This document shows positions 28,742 to 38,191 of a stretch of 64,000 nt of DNA, in pieces. A program made the position numbers and the translations under genes. Position 1 is the stretch's first letter, and each line of letters opens with the position of its first letter. The notes beneath the pieces were generated by a model. It saw nothing but the letters and a program-made list of their open reading frames with translations, had not been told where the DNA came from and did not search any database. Source of the stretch: Bacillota bacterium (GTDB taxonomy: Bacteria > Bacillota > Clostridia > Christensenellales > UBA1431); NCBI GenBank assembly GCA_049324235.1, contig JBMOLJ010000062.1:3663-67662 (forward strand), given 5' to 3'.

Positions 28742-30955
28742 ATGTACTGTAACCAGTGCGGAAAACAGATTGACGATACTACAAGCTTTTGCATCTTCTG
28801 CGGTTCGCCCGCAGACCCAAACGCTCTGAGGCAAAATAACGTTTCTGCCCCGCCGGCTACCGGGCCGGAAATACAAAAGCCGCCGCAAAACAGGAATCCC
28901 CAAAAACTCCTGCTCATCGCCATCCCGCTGCTGGCAGTATGCGTCGCGTTTGCCGTTCTGATGCTGACCGGCGTGATCAGGTTCGGCGCATCCGCGGTAG
29001 GAGCGATTGCCGGTAATGAAACCGGACAGGGCCTGACGCTCTCCGAGGCCGTTACAGTTGCGCAGGGCACCGTTTCCTCTTCGGGCGGTACCGTCACCGT
29101 AAATAAGGGTGACAGCGCCATCAACGGCCTAACCATTGACGTGCCGGCCGGAAGCTATGACACCGAACAAAATTTCAGCGTCGCCGAAGCCGCGGTGCAG
29201 GCCAACGGCTTTGACAAGGAGCTCAATATCATCTCGCCGGTGATTAAGGTGGACAACGGCGGCGCTTACGCTTCGGAGCTGATGACGGTCAAGGTGCCGT
29301 GCAACGTGCCCGACGGCTATATTCCCATGGGCTTTTATTACGATGAAAGCACAAAAGCCCTTGAAAGCATTCCCGTGCTGGAGGAAGGGGAAGGCTATGT
29401 GACGCTGGGGGTAAGGCATTTTTCCGGCGTGGCCGTCGGCGCTGTCGCGGAAAAGGACGCCGCGGCTATTACCAGTTTTGATACAGGATTCAGACCGGGC
29501 GTGGACGATTTCCATATGGAGAACAACGGTTCCTATATCGAACCGGACGGGCATTGCGCGGGCCAGTCGCTTGCGACGATGTGGTACTACGCGAACAAAA
29601 AGCTCAAGGGGGGCCCGAAGCTATGGGACCGGTACGACAATTATGGCAAGGACGCGAAAATAACGTTCAAGACGCCGGACTTCCAGGAAGATGACGTGAT
29701 GGCGCTCAGGATTGCGTCCGTCGCACAAAAGGAGGCAACCTGGGGTTCAACGCTGCGCGACAAGTTCATGAACGCTTCGAAGCTTTCGGACAAAGCCACG
29801 TTTTACGGGCTTGTGTACGCGATGAAGCTGCACAAGTCCCCGCAGTACGTTTCTATACAGCGCCTGGACGCTGCGGGAAACGTGGCGGGCGGGCACGCGA
29901 TTATCGCCTACCGCGCGGAAGGCAACCGCATCTACGTCGCCGACCCGAATTACCCGGGCAAGACGGACAGGTATCTCGAACTGGTGGACGGGAAGTTCAA
30001 GCCCTATTCCTCTGCTGCGACCGCCGCGGATGCGGCAGCCGGCAAGGGCAAGCAGTATGCGCGGATCAACTTTGTCGGGATATCGGCAATGTATGACCAT
30101 CCGAAGCTGGCCCAGCTTTGGAGCGAGCTTGAAAAGCGTACTGTCGGGGACGCGTATTTCCCGGATGTCAATCCTGAGCTCACCGCCGTCATCCAGACTG
30201 ATGAGGGCGATAAGGAAGAAATCGTCACCGACGGGTATGAGGCGCTGACCGAAAAGCTGAAAATCAAGGGCCTGTCCGCCACCAGCGCTGTAAGATACGA
30301 TATTTATGTCACCGACGGGAAAGGAACGGTCAAAAAGGTGCCCGCGGATTCCGACAAAGGGTATACCGTCCCGCTCACGCTGGGCGAAAACTACATCGGC
30401 ATTGCCCTTTACAAAGAGGTGAACGGCAGTGGGGAGTGGTACGATTTCAAGTGGGTCAAGGTGGTCCTGCCCTTCCCGTACGCGGGCGAATGGGAGGGTA
30501 CGATCCACTTTGACAAGATCAGCATTCCCGAGCCGGATCCTTCTTCATCATCCTCGTCATCAGGCAGCGGAGATTCCCTGGAGGATATTTCGGCCGCCTG
30601 CGATCAGATGACCGTTGAGATGTACCGGCAGCTAAAGGCGCTGGAAGGCACGGATATGCCCATAAAAGCCGTGATAACCCCGACAACGGAGAAAAATAAA
30701 TTCACCGTTAAGTTCATCAATGAAGAAAGCAGTGATTCCTCCGATTCCTCGTCAAATGAGGATTCGACCATGGAGCTTATTGTTACAGGGAACACAGCAA
30801 AGGGTACGACTTCGATGGATGGCGGCACGGCAACCCTGACATTCGAACCCGACGGCAACACGACGGATAAGATTAAGGGTAAGTATAGCCTGACGTCGGC
30901 CAAGGCTCCATCCCAAGGGATTTTCACCACACTCAAGCTGAACCGCATCAAATAG
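28742..30955 (+). CDS. Zinc-ribbon / single-TM / large extracytoplasmic protein with papain-like Cys-His signature
   Basis: N-terminal CNQCG...CIFCG zinc ribbon and a TM helix (LLLIAIPLLAVCVAFAVLML). The ectodomain carries ...NNGSYIEPDGHCAGQSLATMWYY... and ...GGHAIIAYRAEGNRIYVADPNYPG. Two poly-Ser/Asp linkers are present. Confidence 0.6.
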   Translation: MYCNQCGKQIDDTTSFCIFCGSPADPNALRQNNVSAPPATGPEIQKPPQNRNPQKLLLIAIPLLAVCVAFAVLMLTGVIRFGASAVGAIAGNETGQGLTLSEAVTVAQGTVSSSGGTVTVNKGDSAINGLTIDVPAGSYDTEQNFSVAEAAVQANGFDKELNIISPVIKVDNGGAYASELMTVKVPCNVPDGYIPMGFYYDESTKALESIPVLEEGEGYVTLGVRHFSGVAVGAVAEKDAAAITSFDTGFRPGVDDFHMENNGSYIEPDGHCAGQSLATMWYYANKKLKGGPKLWDRYDNYGKDAKITFKTPDFQEDDVMALRIASVAQKEATWGSTLRDKFMNASKLSDKATFYGLVYAMKLHKSPQYVSIQRLDAAGNVAGGHAIIAYRAEGNRIYVADPNYPGKTDRYLELVDGKFKPYSSAATAADAAAGKGKQYARINFVGISAMYDHPKLAQLWSELEKRTVGDAYFPDVNPELTAVIQTDEGDKEEIVTDGYEALTEKLKIKGLSATSAVRYDIYVTDGKGTVKKVPADSDKGYTVPLTLGENYIGIALYKEVNGSGEWYDFKWVKVVLPFPYAGEWEGTIHFDKISIPEPDPSSSSSSSGSGDSLEDISAACDQMTVEMYRQLKALEGTDMPIKAVITPTTEKNKFTVKFINEESSDSSDSSSNEDSTMELIVTGNTAKGTTSMDGGTATLTFEPDGNTTDKIKGKYSLTSAKAPSQGIFTTLKLNRIK

Positions 30956-30988
30956 TGCCGGTATGGTATATAAAGGAGCAGAATCATC

Positions 30989-31792
30989 TTGCACGTGTAT
31001 GATGTGTTTATAGGGGCTGCGGTACTGGTCTGGCTCGCGGGCGTACCGATTGCTCTGCGCCCGATGCAAATCCCTTTGCCAAAAGGGATTTGGCCCGCCT
31101 ATGCCGCAGTCCCGTTCGCGTTTTTCGGCGCGCGGCTATTTAATGTGCTGCTGTACGGGGCGGGCGCAGCACGCCTGATGAAGGTGGATCTCGGGTCCTT
31201 TACGCTCTACGGCGGGCTTTTGCTGGGAGCAGCCGCCGCGTATCTTTTATGCGTTGCCCTGCGCCTGCCCAAACGGCGCTACTTTGACGCGCTCGCACCG
31301 GTATGCGGCATTGGCATTGCCGTTTCGCGCATCGGCTGCATGATAAACGGGTGCTGTTTCGGGCTTCCGGCGCAGCTTCCGTGGAGCGTCGCGCCGCCAT
31401 ACGGCGGCGCGGCTCACCAGATGCAGCTCGATTCCGGGCAGATCGGCACGTTTATGGGCCTGCCCGAACCGCCGCTGCCCATCCATCCCACACAGGCCTA
31501 TGAGCTGATCGCCGCTCTTCTGGCCGCGGGCCTCGCGGTATATCTGATAAAAAAACGCGTGCGTGATGGCATACCGGCGGCAGCGTTCGGGCTTTCGCTG
31601 TCAACGCTCCGTTTGATCATTTTCTTTTTCCGCGCATTCCCGGGCGCATCCGCGCTTTCGCTCTTTATACGCGGCACAGTAACCTTCGGCGCGGCCATAC
31701 TCTTTTTCGGAGGGCTGCTTTATTGGCTGCTGAAATATGATAGGAGGAGGAAGTTGGCGAGCGATGCCGCACATGATGATGTTTTGGACTAA
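30989..31792 (+). CDS. Prolipoprotein diacylglyceryl transferase (Lgt) family protein, divergent subtype
   Basis: Polytopic membrane protein with GARLFNVL, SRIGCMINGCCFG and HPTQAYE motifs (compare Lgt GRxGNFxN / HPSQLYE). TTG start has AGGAG upstream. Confidence 0.72.
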   Translation: MHVYDVFIGAAVLVWLAGVPIALRPMQIPLPKGIWPAYAAVPFAFFGARLFNVLLYGAGAARLMKVDLGSFTLYGGLLLGAAAAYLLCVALRLPKRRYFDALAPVCGIGIAVSRIGCMINGCCFGLPAQLPWSVAPPYGGAAHQMQLDSGQIGTFMGLPEPPLPIHPTQAYELIAALLAAGLAVYLIKKRVRDGIPAAAFGLSLSTLRLIIFFFRAFPGASALSLFIRGTVTFGAAILFFGGLLYWLLKYDRRRKLASDAAHDDVLD

Positions 31793-31949
31793 TTGGAATA
31801 GCAAGTATTATGATATTCTCCGTCCTCAATCCTTTGGTTTTCTTTTACCTGCTGCCCTTTCACGAAGTACCCAAACGTCCCACGCCCGCCAAGGACAACG
31901 AAACACCAAAACAGCAGTTTAGCGAATAATATCCACGGGAGGTTTACAA

Positions 31950-32138
31950 ATGGGTTTTGGAGATCCCGGCGGCTGGAACAATTGGACGCCCCGAGACCAT
32001 GCGCTCAACAAGCTGGTCTATGACGAAGCGCACAAAAAAGGCGGGGGCAACGGCGGAAGCGGAAACAACTCCGGCTGCGCACTGTGGTTTTATATCGTCT
32101 TTATCCTCATAGGTATTTTGCTGAGCATTCACCGGTAA
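31950..32138 (+). CDS. Small tail-anchored membrane protein (62 aa), Gly/Asn-rich
   Basis: ATG is preceded by GGGAGG at 8 nt and there is a C-terminal TM helix (LWFYIVFILIGILLSI). No homology is recognised. Confidence 0.35.
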   Translation: MGFGDPGGWNNWTPRDHALNKLVYDEAHKKGGGNGGSGNNSGCALWFYIVFILIGILLSIHR

Positions 32139-32200
32139 CAATCTCATAACACCCTGGCCGAAATCAGCATATTAAAGGCTTTTTGAAAGGAAAACGCGCC

Positions 32201-32812
32201 ATGTGCGGCAGATATTTTATATCCGCGGAAGAGGACATCCTCGAAATGCGCAGGATAATAAGCGAGATCAACCGACGGTATTACGAAACGCCGATGCAAG
32301 CTTCGATAAAAACAGGCGAAGTTTTCCCTACCGACTACGCGCCGGTACTGGTACAGGGCGCAAATGCGCCGCGGGCCGGACTGATGCGGTGGGGCTTCCC
32401 CAAACGGAAAGGGAGCGGCGTGATCATCAACGCGCGTTCTGAAACGGCGCGGGAAAAAGGGATGTTCAGCATCCCCCTGTTGCGCCAAAGGTGCGTCGTG
32501 CCCACAACGGGCTTTTTTGAATGGCGTCATGAGGGCGGCAAAATAAAGAAAAAATACCTGTTCCGCCTTCCTGGCACGAAAATGCTCTATCTGGCCGGAC
32601 TCTACAGCGCCTGTTCGCTCCCGGGCAAAGCGCCGTATCAAGGCTATATCGTCCTCACCGCCGCGGCCAACGGCTCGATAGCGGAGTACCACGACAGGAT
32701 GCCGCTTATCCTGCAACAGGACCAGCTTAAACCGTGGCTTACGGATACGCCGTTCGCGCTGGACTTCGTACATACGCCCTGTACCGCAATGCTTCAAGCG
32801 GATAAACACTGA
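32201..32812 (+). CDS. SOS-response-associated peptidase (SRAP/YedK family)
   Basis: The start MCGRY carries the catalytic Cys2. Also INARSET and FFEW motifs. RBS AAAGGAAA lies upstream. Confidence 0.86.
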   Translation: MCGRYFISAEEDILEMRRIISEINRRYYETPMQASIKTGEVFPTDYAPVLVQGANAPRAGLMRWGFPKRKGSGVIINARSETAREKGMFSIPLLRQRCVVPTTGFFEWRHEGGKIKKKYLFRLPGTKMLYLAGLYSACSLPGKAPYQGYIVLTAAANGSIAEYHDRMPLILQQDQLKPWLTDTPFALDFVHTPCTAMLQADKH

Positions 32813-32866
32813 ATTTGGCAAGCTATCCGTAATAAACGATCTGTTAAGCTGGCGTCTTGTTCATAC

Positions 32867-32893
32867 GAAAACGGATGCCTCGCGGCATCCGTT
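32867..32893. terminator. Bidirectional terminator (SRAP gene / clpB)
   Basis: AAAACGGATGCC-tcgc-GGCATCCGTTT. On the minus strand it is followed by TTTTCG. Confidence 0.72.
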
Positions 32894-32902
32894 TAATCTA
32901 TC

Positions 32903-35494
32903 TCATTCCACCGAAAGCTTCAACTCATCCCCGTCCGTATCTACACGTACGGTGAGGCCGTCCCGCAATTCTCCCCTGATGATCAGCTTGCCGATCTCGG
33001 TCTCGATGAACTTCTGCAAGTATCGTTTTACCGGCCGCGCGCCGAACACAGGCGTATATGATTTGTCGGCGATGAAGCCCTTCGCTTCCTCCGACACCAG
33101 CAGCCGTATGCGCCGCTCATCCAGCCTTTTCTGGATGTTCTGCAGGGCAAGGCCGATAATCTGAATAATATCGTCCTTCCGCAGCGGCCTGAACAACACG
33201 GTCTCGTCCACACGGTTCAAAAATTCGGGCTTGAAGTGCCGGTGCAGCTCGGAAAGCACCGTTTCGCGCACCTGCGGCCGTATCTCCCCCTGCTCGTCGA
33301 TGCCATTGAGCAGGTATTCGCTCCCGATGTTGGAGGTCATGATGACCACCGTGTTTTTGAAGTCTACCGTGCGCCCCTGGCTGTCGGTCAGGCGCCCGTC
33401 ATCCAGTAGCTGCAGGAGTACATTGAATACGTCGTGGTGCGCCTTTTCGATCTCGTCGAACAGGATGACGCAGTAGGGCTTCCGCCGGACGGCTTCTGTA
33501 AGCTGCCCGCCTTCCTCGTACCCGACGTATCCCGGCGGTGCGCCGATCAGCCTTGCCACCGCGTGCTTTTCCATGTATTCGGACATGTCGATGCGCACCA
33601 TGTTCTCGTCGCTGTCGAACAGCGCTTCGGAAATGGCCCGCGCAAGCTCGGTCTTGCCTACGCCCGTCGGCCCCAGGAATATGAACGAGCCGATGGGCTT
33701 GTTCGGGTCTTTTAGGCCCGAGCGCGCCCGGATCACGGCGTCGCTTACCGCCTCCACGGCCTCGTCCTGCCCGATTACGCGCCGGTGCAGTATGCCCTCC
33801 AGATTCAAAAGCTTATCCTTTTCCTTCTCGACAAGCTTGGAAACAGGAATCCCCGTCCACCTTGAAACGATTTCGGCTATTTCCTCCTCGGTAACTTCTT
33901 CTTTCAAAAGCGTGTTCTCGCCCGACTTGTTGCGCTGCTTCTCGGCTTCAAGCTGTTTGGTAAGCTCGGGAAGCTTTCCGTATTCCAGCGCCGCCAGCTT
34001 CTCCAAATCGTACACGCGCTTCGCCTCTTCGATCTGCCTTCTCACGTCCTCGATCTGCTGCTTAATGTCCTTCTCCCTTTGGATGTTGATCTTTTCAAGC
34101 TCCCACTGCGCTTTCATCTTGTCGGATTTTTCCTTCTGCCCGGCAAGCTCTTTTTCAAGCACATTGAGGCGCGCTGCGGAAGCGGCGTCGTCCTCTTTTT
34201 TTAACGCCTGCCGCTCGATCTCAAGCTGCATGATGCGCCTTTGAATCTCGTCAAGCTCGGTGGGCATGCTGTCTATCTCGGTACGGATCATAGCCGCCGC
34301 CTCGTCCATCAGGTCGATGGCCTTGTCAGGCAGAAAGCGGTCGGATATGTACCGGTTGGAGAGCACCGCGCACGCGATGATGGCGTTGTCGGTGATCTTC
34401 ACGCCGTGGTGTATCTCAAAGCGTTCCTTGAGCCCGCGCAGTATGGAGATGGTATCCTCCACGGTGGGCTGGTCGACTAAAATCGGCTGAAAGCGCCTCT
34501 CCAGCGCCGCGTCCTTTTCAATGTATTTGCGGTATTCGTCCAGCGTGGTCGCGCCGATGCAGTGCAGTTCGCCCCGCGCCAGCATGGGTTTTAAGATGTT
34601 GCCCGCGTCCATCGCGCCCTCTGCCTTGCCAGCACCCACAATATTGTGGAGCTCGTCGATAAACAAAATGATACGTCCGTTTGATTGGTTTACATCATTG
34701 AGCACCGCCTTAAGCCGTTCCTCGAATTCGCCGCGGTACTTCGCGCCAGCGATGAGCGCGCCCATGTCCAGCGCAAAGATGGTCTTATCTTTCAGGCCCT
34801 CGGGTACATCGCCCTGCAGTATGCGCTGCGCCAGCCCTTCGACAACTGCGGTTTTGCCTACGCCCGGCTCGCCGATCAGCACCGGGTTGTTCTTGGTGCG
34901 CCGCGAAAGGATGCGTATCGCCCGGCGTATCTCCGCGTCCCTGCCGATAACCGGATCGACCTTGCCCTGTCTGGCAAGCTCCACGAGGTCGCGCCCGAAC
35001 CTTTTGAGGGAATCATACGTTTCCTCCGGGTTCTGGGAGGTGATGCGCTGGTTGCTGCGCACCTTGCTCAGCGCCGCCATAAAATTCTCGACGGTGATGT
35101 TATACCGCCTGAATATTGCCTGCGAAAGCGTGTTCCTTTCCTTGAGCAGCGCAATGAAAATGTGCTCGGCGCCCGTGTATTCATCCTTGAAGCGCTTTGC
35201 TTCGTCCTGCGCATGGATGAGCAGTTCATTGAACCTGCGCGAAGCGTACACGGCAGACGCCGCGCTGCCGTGTATCCTGGGCAGTTTGTCAAGCTCGGCT
35301 TCAACATCTTTTGCGTATAGATCTATATCATGCCCCATGTAGCCCAAAAGCCTGGGAATAAGTCCGTCCTGCTGGGTCGCCAGCGCCAGATGGATGTGCT
35401 CGCCGGTTAATTCCTGGTGTCCCATGCGAATAGCGATTTCCTGCGCCGATATGGCCGCAGCCTGCGCTTTTTCCGTAAATTTTTCAAAGTTCAT
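32903..35494 (-). CDS. clpB: ATP-dependent chaperone ClpB
   Basis: 863 aa with an N-domain, two AAA+ modules ([16 protein letters not shown]) and a long coiled-coil M-domain. Confidence 0.95.
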   Translation of the reverse strand: MNFEKFTEKAQAAAISAQEIAIRMGHQELTGEHIHLALATQQDGLIPRLLGYMGHDIDLYAKDVEAELDKLPRIHGSAASAVYASRRFNELLIHAQDEAKRFKDEYTGAEHIFIALLKERNTLSQAIFRRYNITVENFMAALSKVRSNQRITSQNPEETYDSLKRFGRDLVELARQGKVDPVIGRDAEIRRAIRILSRRTKNNPVLIGEPGVGKTAVVEGLAQRILQGDVPEGLKDKTIFALDMGALIAGAKYRGEFEERLKAVLNDVNQSNGRIILFIDELHNIVGAGKAEGAMDAGNILKPMLARGELHCIGATTLDEYRKYIEKDAALERRFQPILVDQPTVEDTISILRGLKERFEIHHGVKITDNAIIACAVLSNRYISDRFLPDKAIDLMDEAAAMIRTEIDSMPTELDEIQRRIMQLEIERQALKKEDDAASAARLNVLEKELAGQKEKSDKMKAQWELEKINIQREKDIKQQIEDVRRQIEEAKRVYDLEKLAALEYGKLPELTKQLEAEKQRNKSGENTLLKEEVTEEEIAEIVSRWTGIPVSKLVEKEKDKLLNLEGILHRRVIGQDEAVEAVSDAVIRARSGLKDPNKPIGSFIFLGPTGVGKTELARAISEALFDSDENMVRIDMSEYMEKHAVARLIGAPPGYVGYEEGGQLTEAVRRKPYCVILFDEIEKAHHDVFNVLLQLLDDGRLTDSQGRTVDFKNTVVIMTSNIGSEYLLNGIDEQGEIRPQVRETVLSELHRHFKPEFLNRVDETVLFRPLRKDDIIQIIGLALQNIQKRLDERRIRLLVSEEAKGFIADKSYTPVFGARPVKRYLQKFIETEIGKLIIRGELRDGLTVRVDTDGDELKLSVE

Positions 35495-35511
35495 CCATCA
35501 CTCCTCCTCTA

Positions 35512-36435
35512 TTAATAATTGGATACTTTCTTCAATTGCTCATACAGCTCTCGCGTTTCACGTGTCAGGTGGACCGGATTGACGATGCGGGTTTTGATAT
35601 ACAGGTCTCCCCTCTTGCCGTTGCGGTCAATGTAGCCTTTGCCCGCCACGCGTATCCTGCTGTCCGGCTGAATGCCCTCGGGCACCGCAACCATGATGCG
35701 TCCGTCCAGGGTCCTGACAGGCACCTTGCCGCCCAGCGCGGCATCCCACGGGTACAGGTCTACAGTCGTTACAAGGTCGTTTCCTTCCAGGGTGAAATGG
35801 TCGCCGGGCCTGAACCTCACGATGAGGTGCAGGTCTCCGTTCTTCCCGCCGTTTGCGCCCTTATGCCCCTGTCCCTTCAGGCGTATCTTTTCGCCGTCGC
35901 GCACGCCTTTGGGTATCTTGAAGGTGAAGTTTTTTACGCCGCGTTCGGTTTGCAGGGCAATACGCTTCTCTGTGCCCGAAAACCCCTCCTCGGGGGTGAT
36001 CTCTATTTCAGCCTCTATGTTTTCCCCGTCGTAGACAAGGTGCATTCCGCCTGTTCCCGAAGAACCGAAGAGATCCTCGATATTGAACCCGCCGCCTCCG
36101 CCGCTAAAGAACATATTGAAAAAGTCGCTCCGATCGCCGGGGTTCCCACGCCATTCGTATCTGACGTTGTTATAGCCGTACTGGGCAGGGTCGAAGTCAT
36201 ACCCGTTCTGGAAGTTATACGCGTTGCCGAAGTTGTCGTATTCCTTCCGCTTTTCAGGGTCGCTCAAAAGCTCATAGGCTTCGCTGACATCCTTGAATTT
36301 CTCCTCGGACTGTTTGTCGCCCTGGTTTGCATCAGGATGGTATTTCTTCGCAAGCTTGCGGTACGCCTTTTTAATTTCTTCCTGCGACGCGTTTTTTTCC
36401 ACGCCGAGGATGCCGTAATAATCCTTATACTGCAT
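35512..36435 (-). CDS. J-domain co-chaperone of the CbpA type (DnaJ-like without zinc-finger domain)
   Basis: DYYGILGV...[12 protein letters not shown]-domain, a Gly/Phe-rich region and C-terminal substrate-binding domains. There are no CxxCxGxG repeats. Confidence 0.88.
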   Translation of the reverse strand: MQYKDYYGILGVEKNASQEEIKKAYRKLAKKYHPDANQGDKQSEEKFKDVSEAYELLSDPEKRKEYDNFGNAYNFQNGYDFDPAQYGYNNVRYEWRGNPGDRSDFFNMFFSGGGGGFNIEDLFGSSGTGGMHLVYDGENIEAEIEITPEEGFSGTEKRIALQTERGVKNFTFKIPKGVRDGEKIRLKGQGHKGANGGKNGDLHLIVRFRPGDHFTLEGNDLVTTVDLYPWDAALGGKVPVRTLDGRIMVAVPEGIQPDSRIRVAGKGYIDRNGKRGDLYIKTRIVNPVHLTRETRELYEQLKKVSNY

Positions 36436-36460
36436 ACAGGATCCCTCCTTTCTTTTTTAT

Positions 36461-36477
36461 TTTGACTTTCCTTGACC
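36461..36477 (-). promoter_or_regulatory. CtsR operator (heptad direct repeat)
   Basis: Reverse strand GGTCAAG-GAA-AGTCAAA versus consensus (A/G)GTCAAA-NAN-(A/G)GTCAAA, placed immediately downstream of the -10 box. Confidence 0.62.
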
Positions 36478-36480
36478 TTA

Positions 36481-36509
36481 ATAATACATGAAAACATTGC
36501 CATTTTCAA
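36481..36509 (-). promoter_or_regulatory. Sigma-A type promoter of the J-protein/clpB operon
   Basis: Reverse strand reads TTGAAA-17 nt-TATTAT. Confidence 0.6.
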
Positions 36510-36754
36510 TAGGCTGAATTATCTTCATTACGTCAAAAACCGCATTAAATTGAAAATCATTGCTGTTTCCTCTCGAAATTGAACAAACGCTTGGAAATTT
36601 GAACTTTTACACTGGCAACGCGAGAGATGGGCCTAACTCTCCCCTTTCCTTCGATTGCCGGAATAAAAACAATGCCTGAGCTATACAAAGGGTCTTACAA
36701 AAAGGAAAATCGTGATACAATATGACAAGGAGTCTGAGCCTGGGGTAAAAACAT

Positions 36755-36886
36755 ATGAGAAATCTGGTAAAATGGATCTATATCTTCATGCTGGCTGCGA
36801 TTCTGATCGCTGTAGCAATCGGCTCGTGCGGTAAAGGAGCCGCTACCCCTGGTCCGCAGAATACCGCGGCGACGAGCATAAGATAA
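36755..36886 (+). CDS. Possible 43-aa mini-lipoprotein
   Basis: MRNLVKWIYIFMLAAILIAVAIGSCGKGAATPGPQNTAATSIR has a signal peptide and a lipobox-like IGSC. An extended -10 promoter (TGATACAAT) lies upstream. The RBS is weak and the ORF is below the ORF-track cutoff. Confidence 0.3.
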   Translation: MRNLVKWIYIFMLAAILIAVAIGSCGKGAATPGPQNTAATSIR

Positions 36887-36922
36887 GCTATGCAGTAATT
36901 GACCTGCGTCAGGAGCTGAATT

Positions 36923-36963
36923 GGCAGTAACCCCCGCAAACAATGTTTACGGGGGTTACTGCC
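36923..36963. terminator. Strong hairpin between convergent genes (14-bp stem)
   Basis: GGCAGTAACCCCCG-13 nt-CGGGGGTTACTGCC. No clear U-run is present on either strand. Confidence 0.5.
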
Positions 36964-36989
36964 TCCGACTGACCAAAGCCCGGTATGCA

Positions 36990-38012
36990 TTATTGATATT
37001 TAACGGTTATGTCTTTACTCTTTGGATGAACGGCAATCCATGTGTTGCCGGGCTGCAACACAATTTCGTCGCCGTTGCCGTCCCTGTATACCGTGGGTGA
37101 ATCGTAGCTCTTCCTCTCCCATGTGCCCTCGACATACTTTCCGCCAATAAAGAATTCCGCCTTCCCCGAGCCTAACAGGTCGCAAAGCCATCTGTCTTTC
37201 GCTTCACCGCCGTGATAAAAACGGTTGTATTGTACAATCAGGTTCTTGACCTCAACGGCTTTGCCCGTCTCGGCATCCGTAAACGGCTTGTTTCCTGAGT
37301 AACGCAAAAGTACATCCTTGCTTGCATCATACTTATAGGTTACCTCTTCTCCGGTATAGAAGGGAACAACCACTTCCGATACAGTTACGCCGGTGTATTG
37401 CAGCTCATCGGCATACGTAAACGTACGAACATCAGCGTCCCCGCTCATCAACTCCTGGCATTTTTGTACATTTGTAAAGGCGTTGTGCGGCGCCTTTCTG
37501 CTGTGGTCCCTCCAGTAATAGGCGCCCAGCCCTCCTTTTATAAAGTCAATCCGTGTCTTAATGTGACTTGAAGAAGCAATGTATACGTTCGCCTGCCCGC
37601 TTGAAGGGCCTCCGAAGTGGACATAGGCGCAATCCCACTCCTGCTGAATCTTGATAAAGTATATCCTGGCTGAACGCACCGGCCCGACTTTTTCCGGCAG
37701 CGTATCGTTATATATGCAGAAAAACCTCGTGCAGCCCTCAACGGGCGCTTCATACACGATATCCGCCGCCTGCAGTCCGTATTGCGGCCGGCATGCGGGA
37801 TTATTCTCGATCATCACGCCCACGGGTTTGTATGCCGTCCGCTCCGCGACAGGCAGCCCGGTCGTATAGGATCTTAATCCGGCGTAAGGCGTCGGCTCCG
37901 TAGTGGGTGTCGCCATAGGCGTGGGGCTTGGCTGGGGGGGTACACTACAGGAAGAAACCGTCAGCAGGAGAACGACTGATAACAGAGTGCAAAGGGCTTT
38001 CTTCATATTCAT
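36990..38012 (-). CDS. DUF3048 (YerB-like) lipoprotein
   Basis: Lipobox LTVSSC, followed by PVGVMIENNPACRPQYGLQAADIVYEAPVEG, typical of DUF3048. Confidence 0.8.
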   Translation of the reverse strand: MNMKKALCTLLSVVLLLTVSSCSVPPQPSPTPMATPTTEPTPYAGLRSYTTGLPVAERTAYKPVGVMIENNPACRPQYGLQAADIVYEAPVEGCTRFFCIYNDTLPEKVGPVRSARIYFIKIQQEWDCAYVHFGGPSSGQANVYIASSSHIKTRIDFIKGGLGAYYWRDHSRKAPHNAFTNVQKCQELMSGDADVRTFTYADELQYTGVTVSEVVVPFYTGEEVTYKYDASKDVLLRYSGNKPFTDAETGKAVEVKNLIVQYNRFYHGGEAKDRWLCDLLGSGKAEFFIGGKYVEGTWERKSYDSPTVYRDGNGDEIVLQPGNTWIAVHPKSKDITVKYQ

Positions 38013-38191
38013 AAATCGACTGCTCCTGACAATTATAGAATCGCTATACTATATTAGCATGAGATGATAAACATTAATCTTACCGGTATTTTATATCAAA
38101 TATCCTCTTTTTGCTAGTAAAATTAAATATCCTGGCGAATAAACCGGTATTATGTCTAAGCATTTATATTATGCCTCGGAACAGGTCTTCC

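Noticed and set aside
30520-30760. Ser/Asp-rich coding repeats (TCATCATCCTCGTCATCAGGCAGC..., GATTCCTCCGATTCCTCG...) considered as a possible DNA tandem repeat or phase-variation tract.
   Set aside because: The units are imperfect and in-frame, and they encode flexible poly-Ser/Asp linkers of the 737-aa protein. There is no homopolymeric or exact short tandem tract suited to slippage.
36436-36700. Search for a CIRCE (HrcA) element upstream of the J-protein/clpB operon.
   Set aside because: No TTAGCACTC-N9-GAGTGCTAA-like inverted repeat is present. A CtsR-type direct repeat is present instead.
36695-36990. Track ORFs 36695-36943 (-) and 36778-36990 (-).
   Set aside because: They run through the strong 14-bp terminator hairpin and lie opposite a promoter-equipped mini-lipoprotein ORF. 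They have no RBS and an odd composition.
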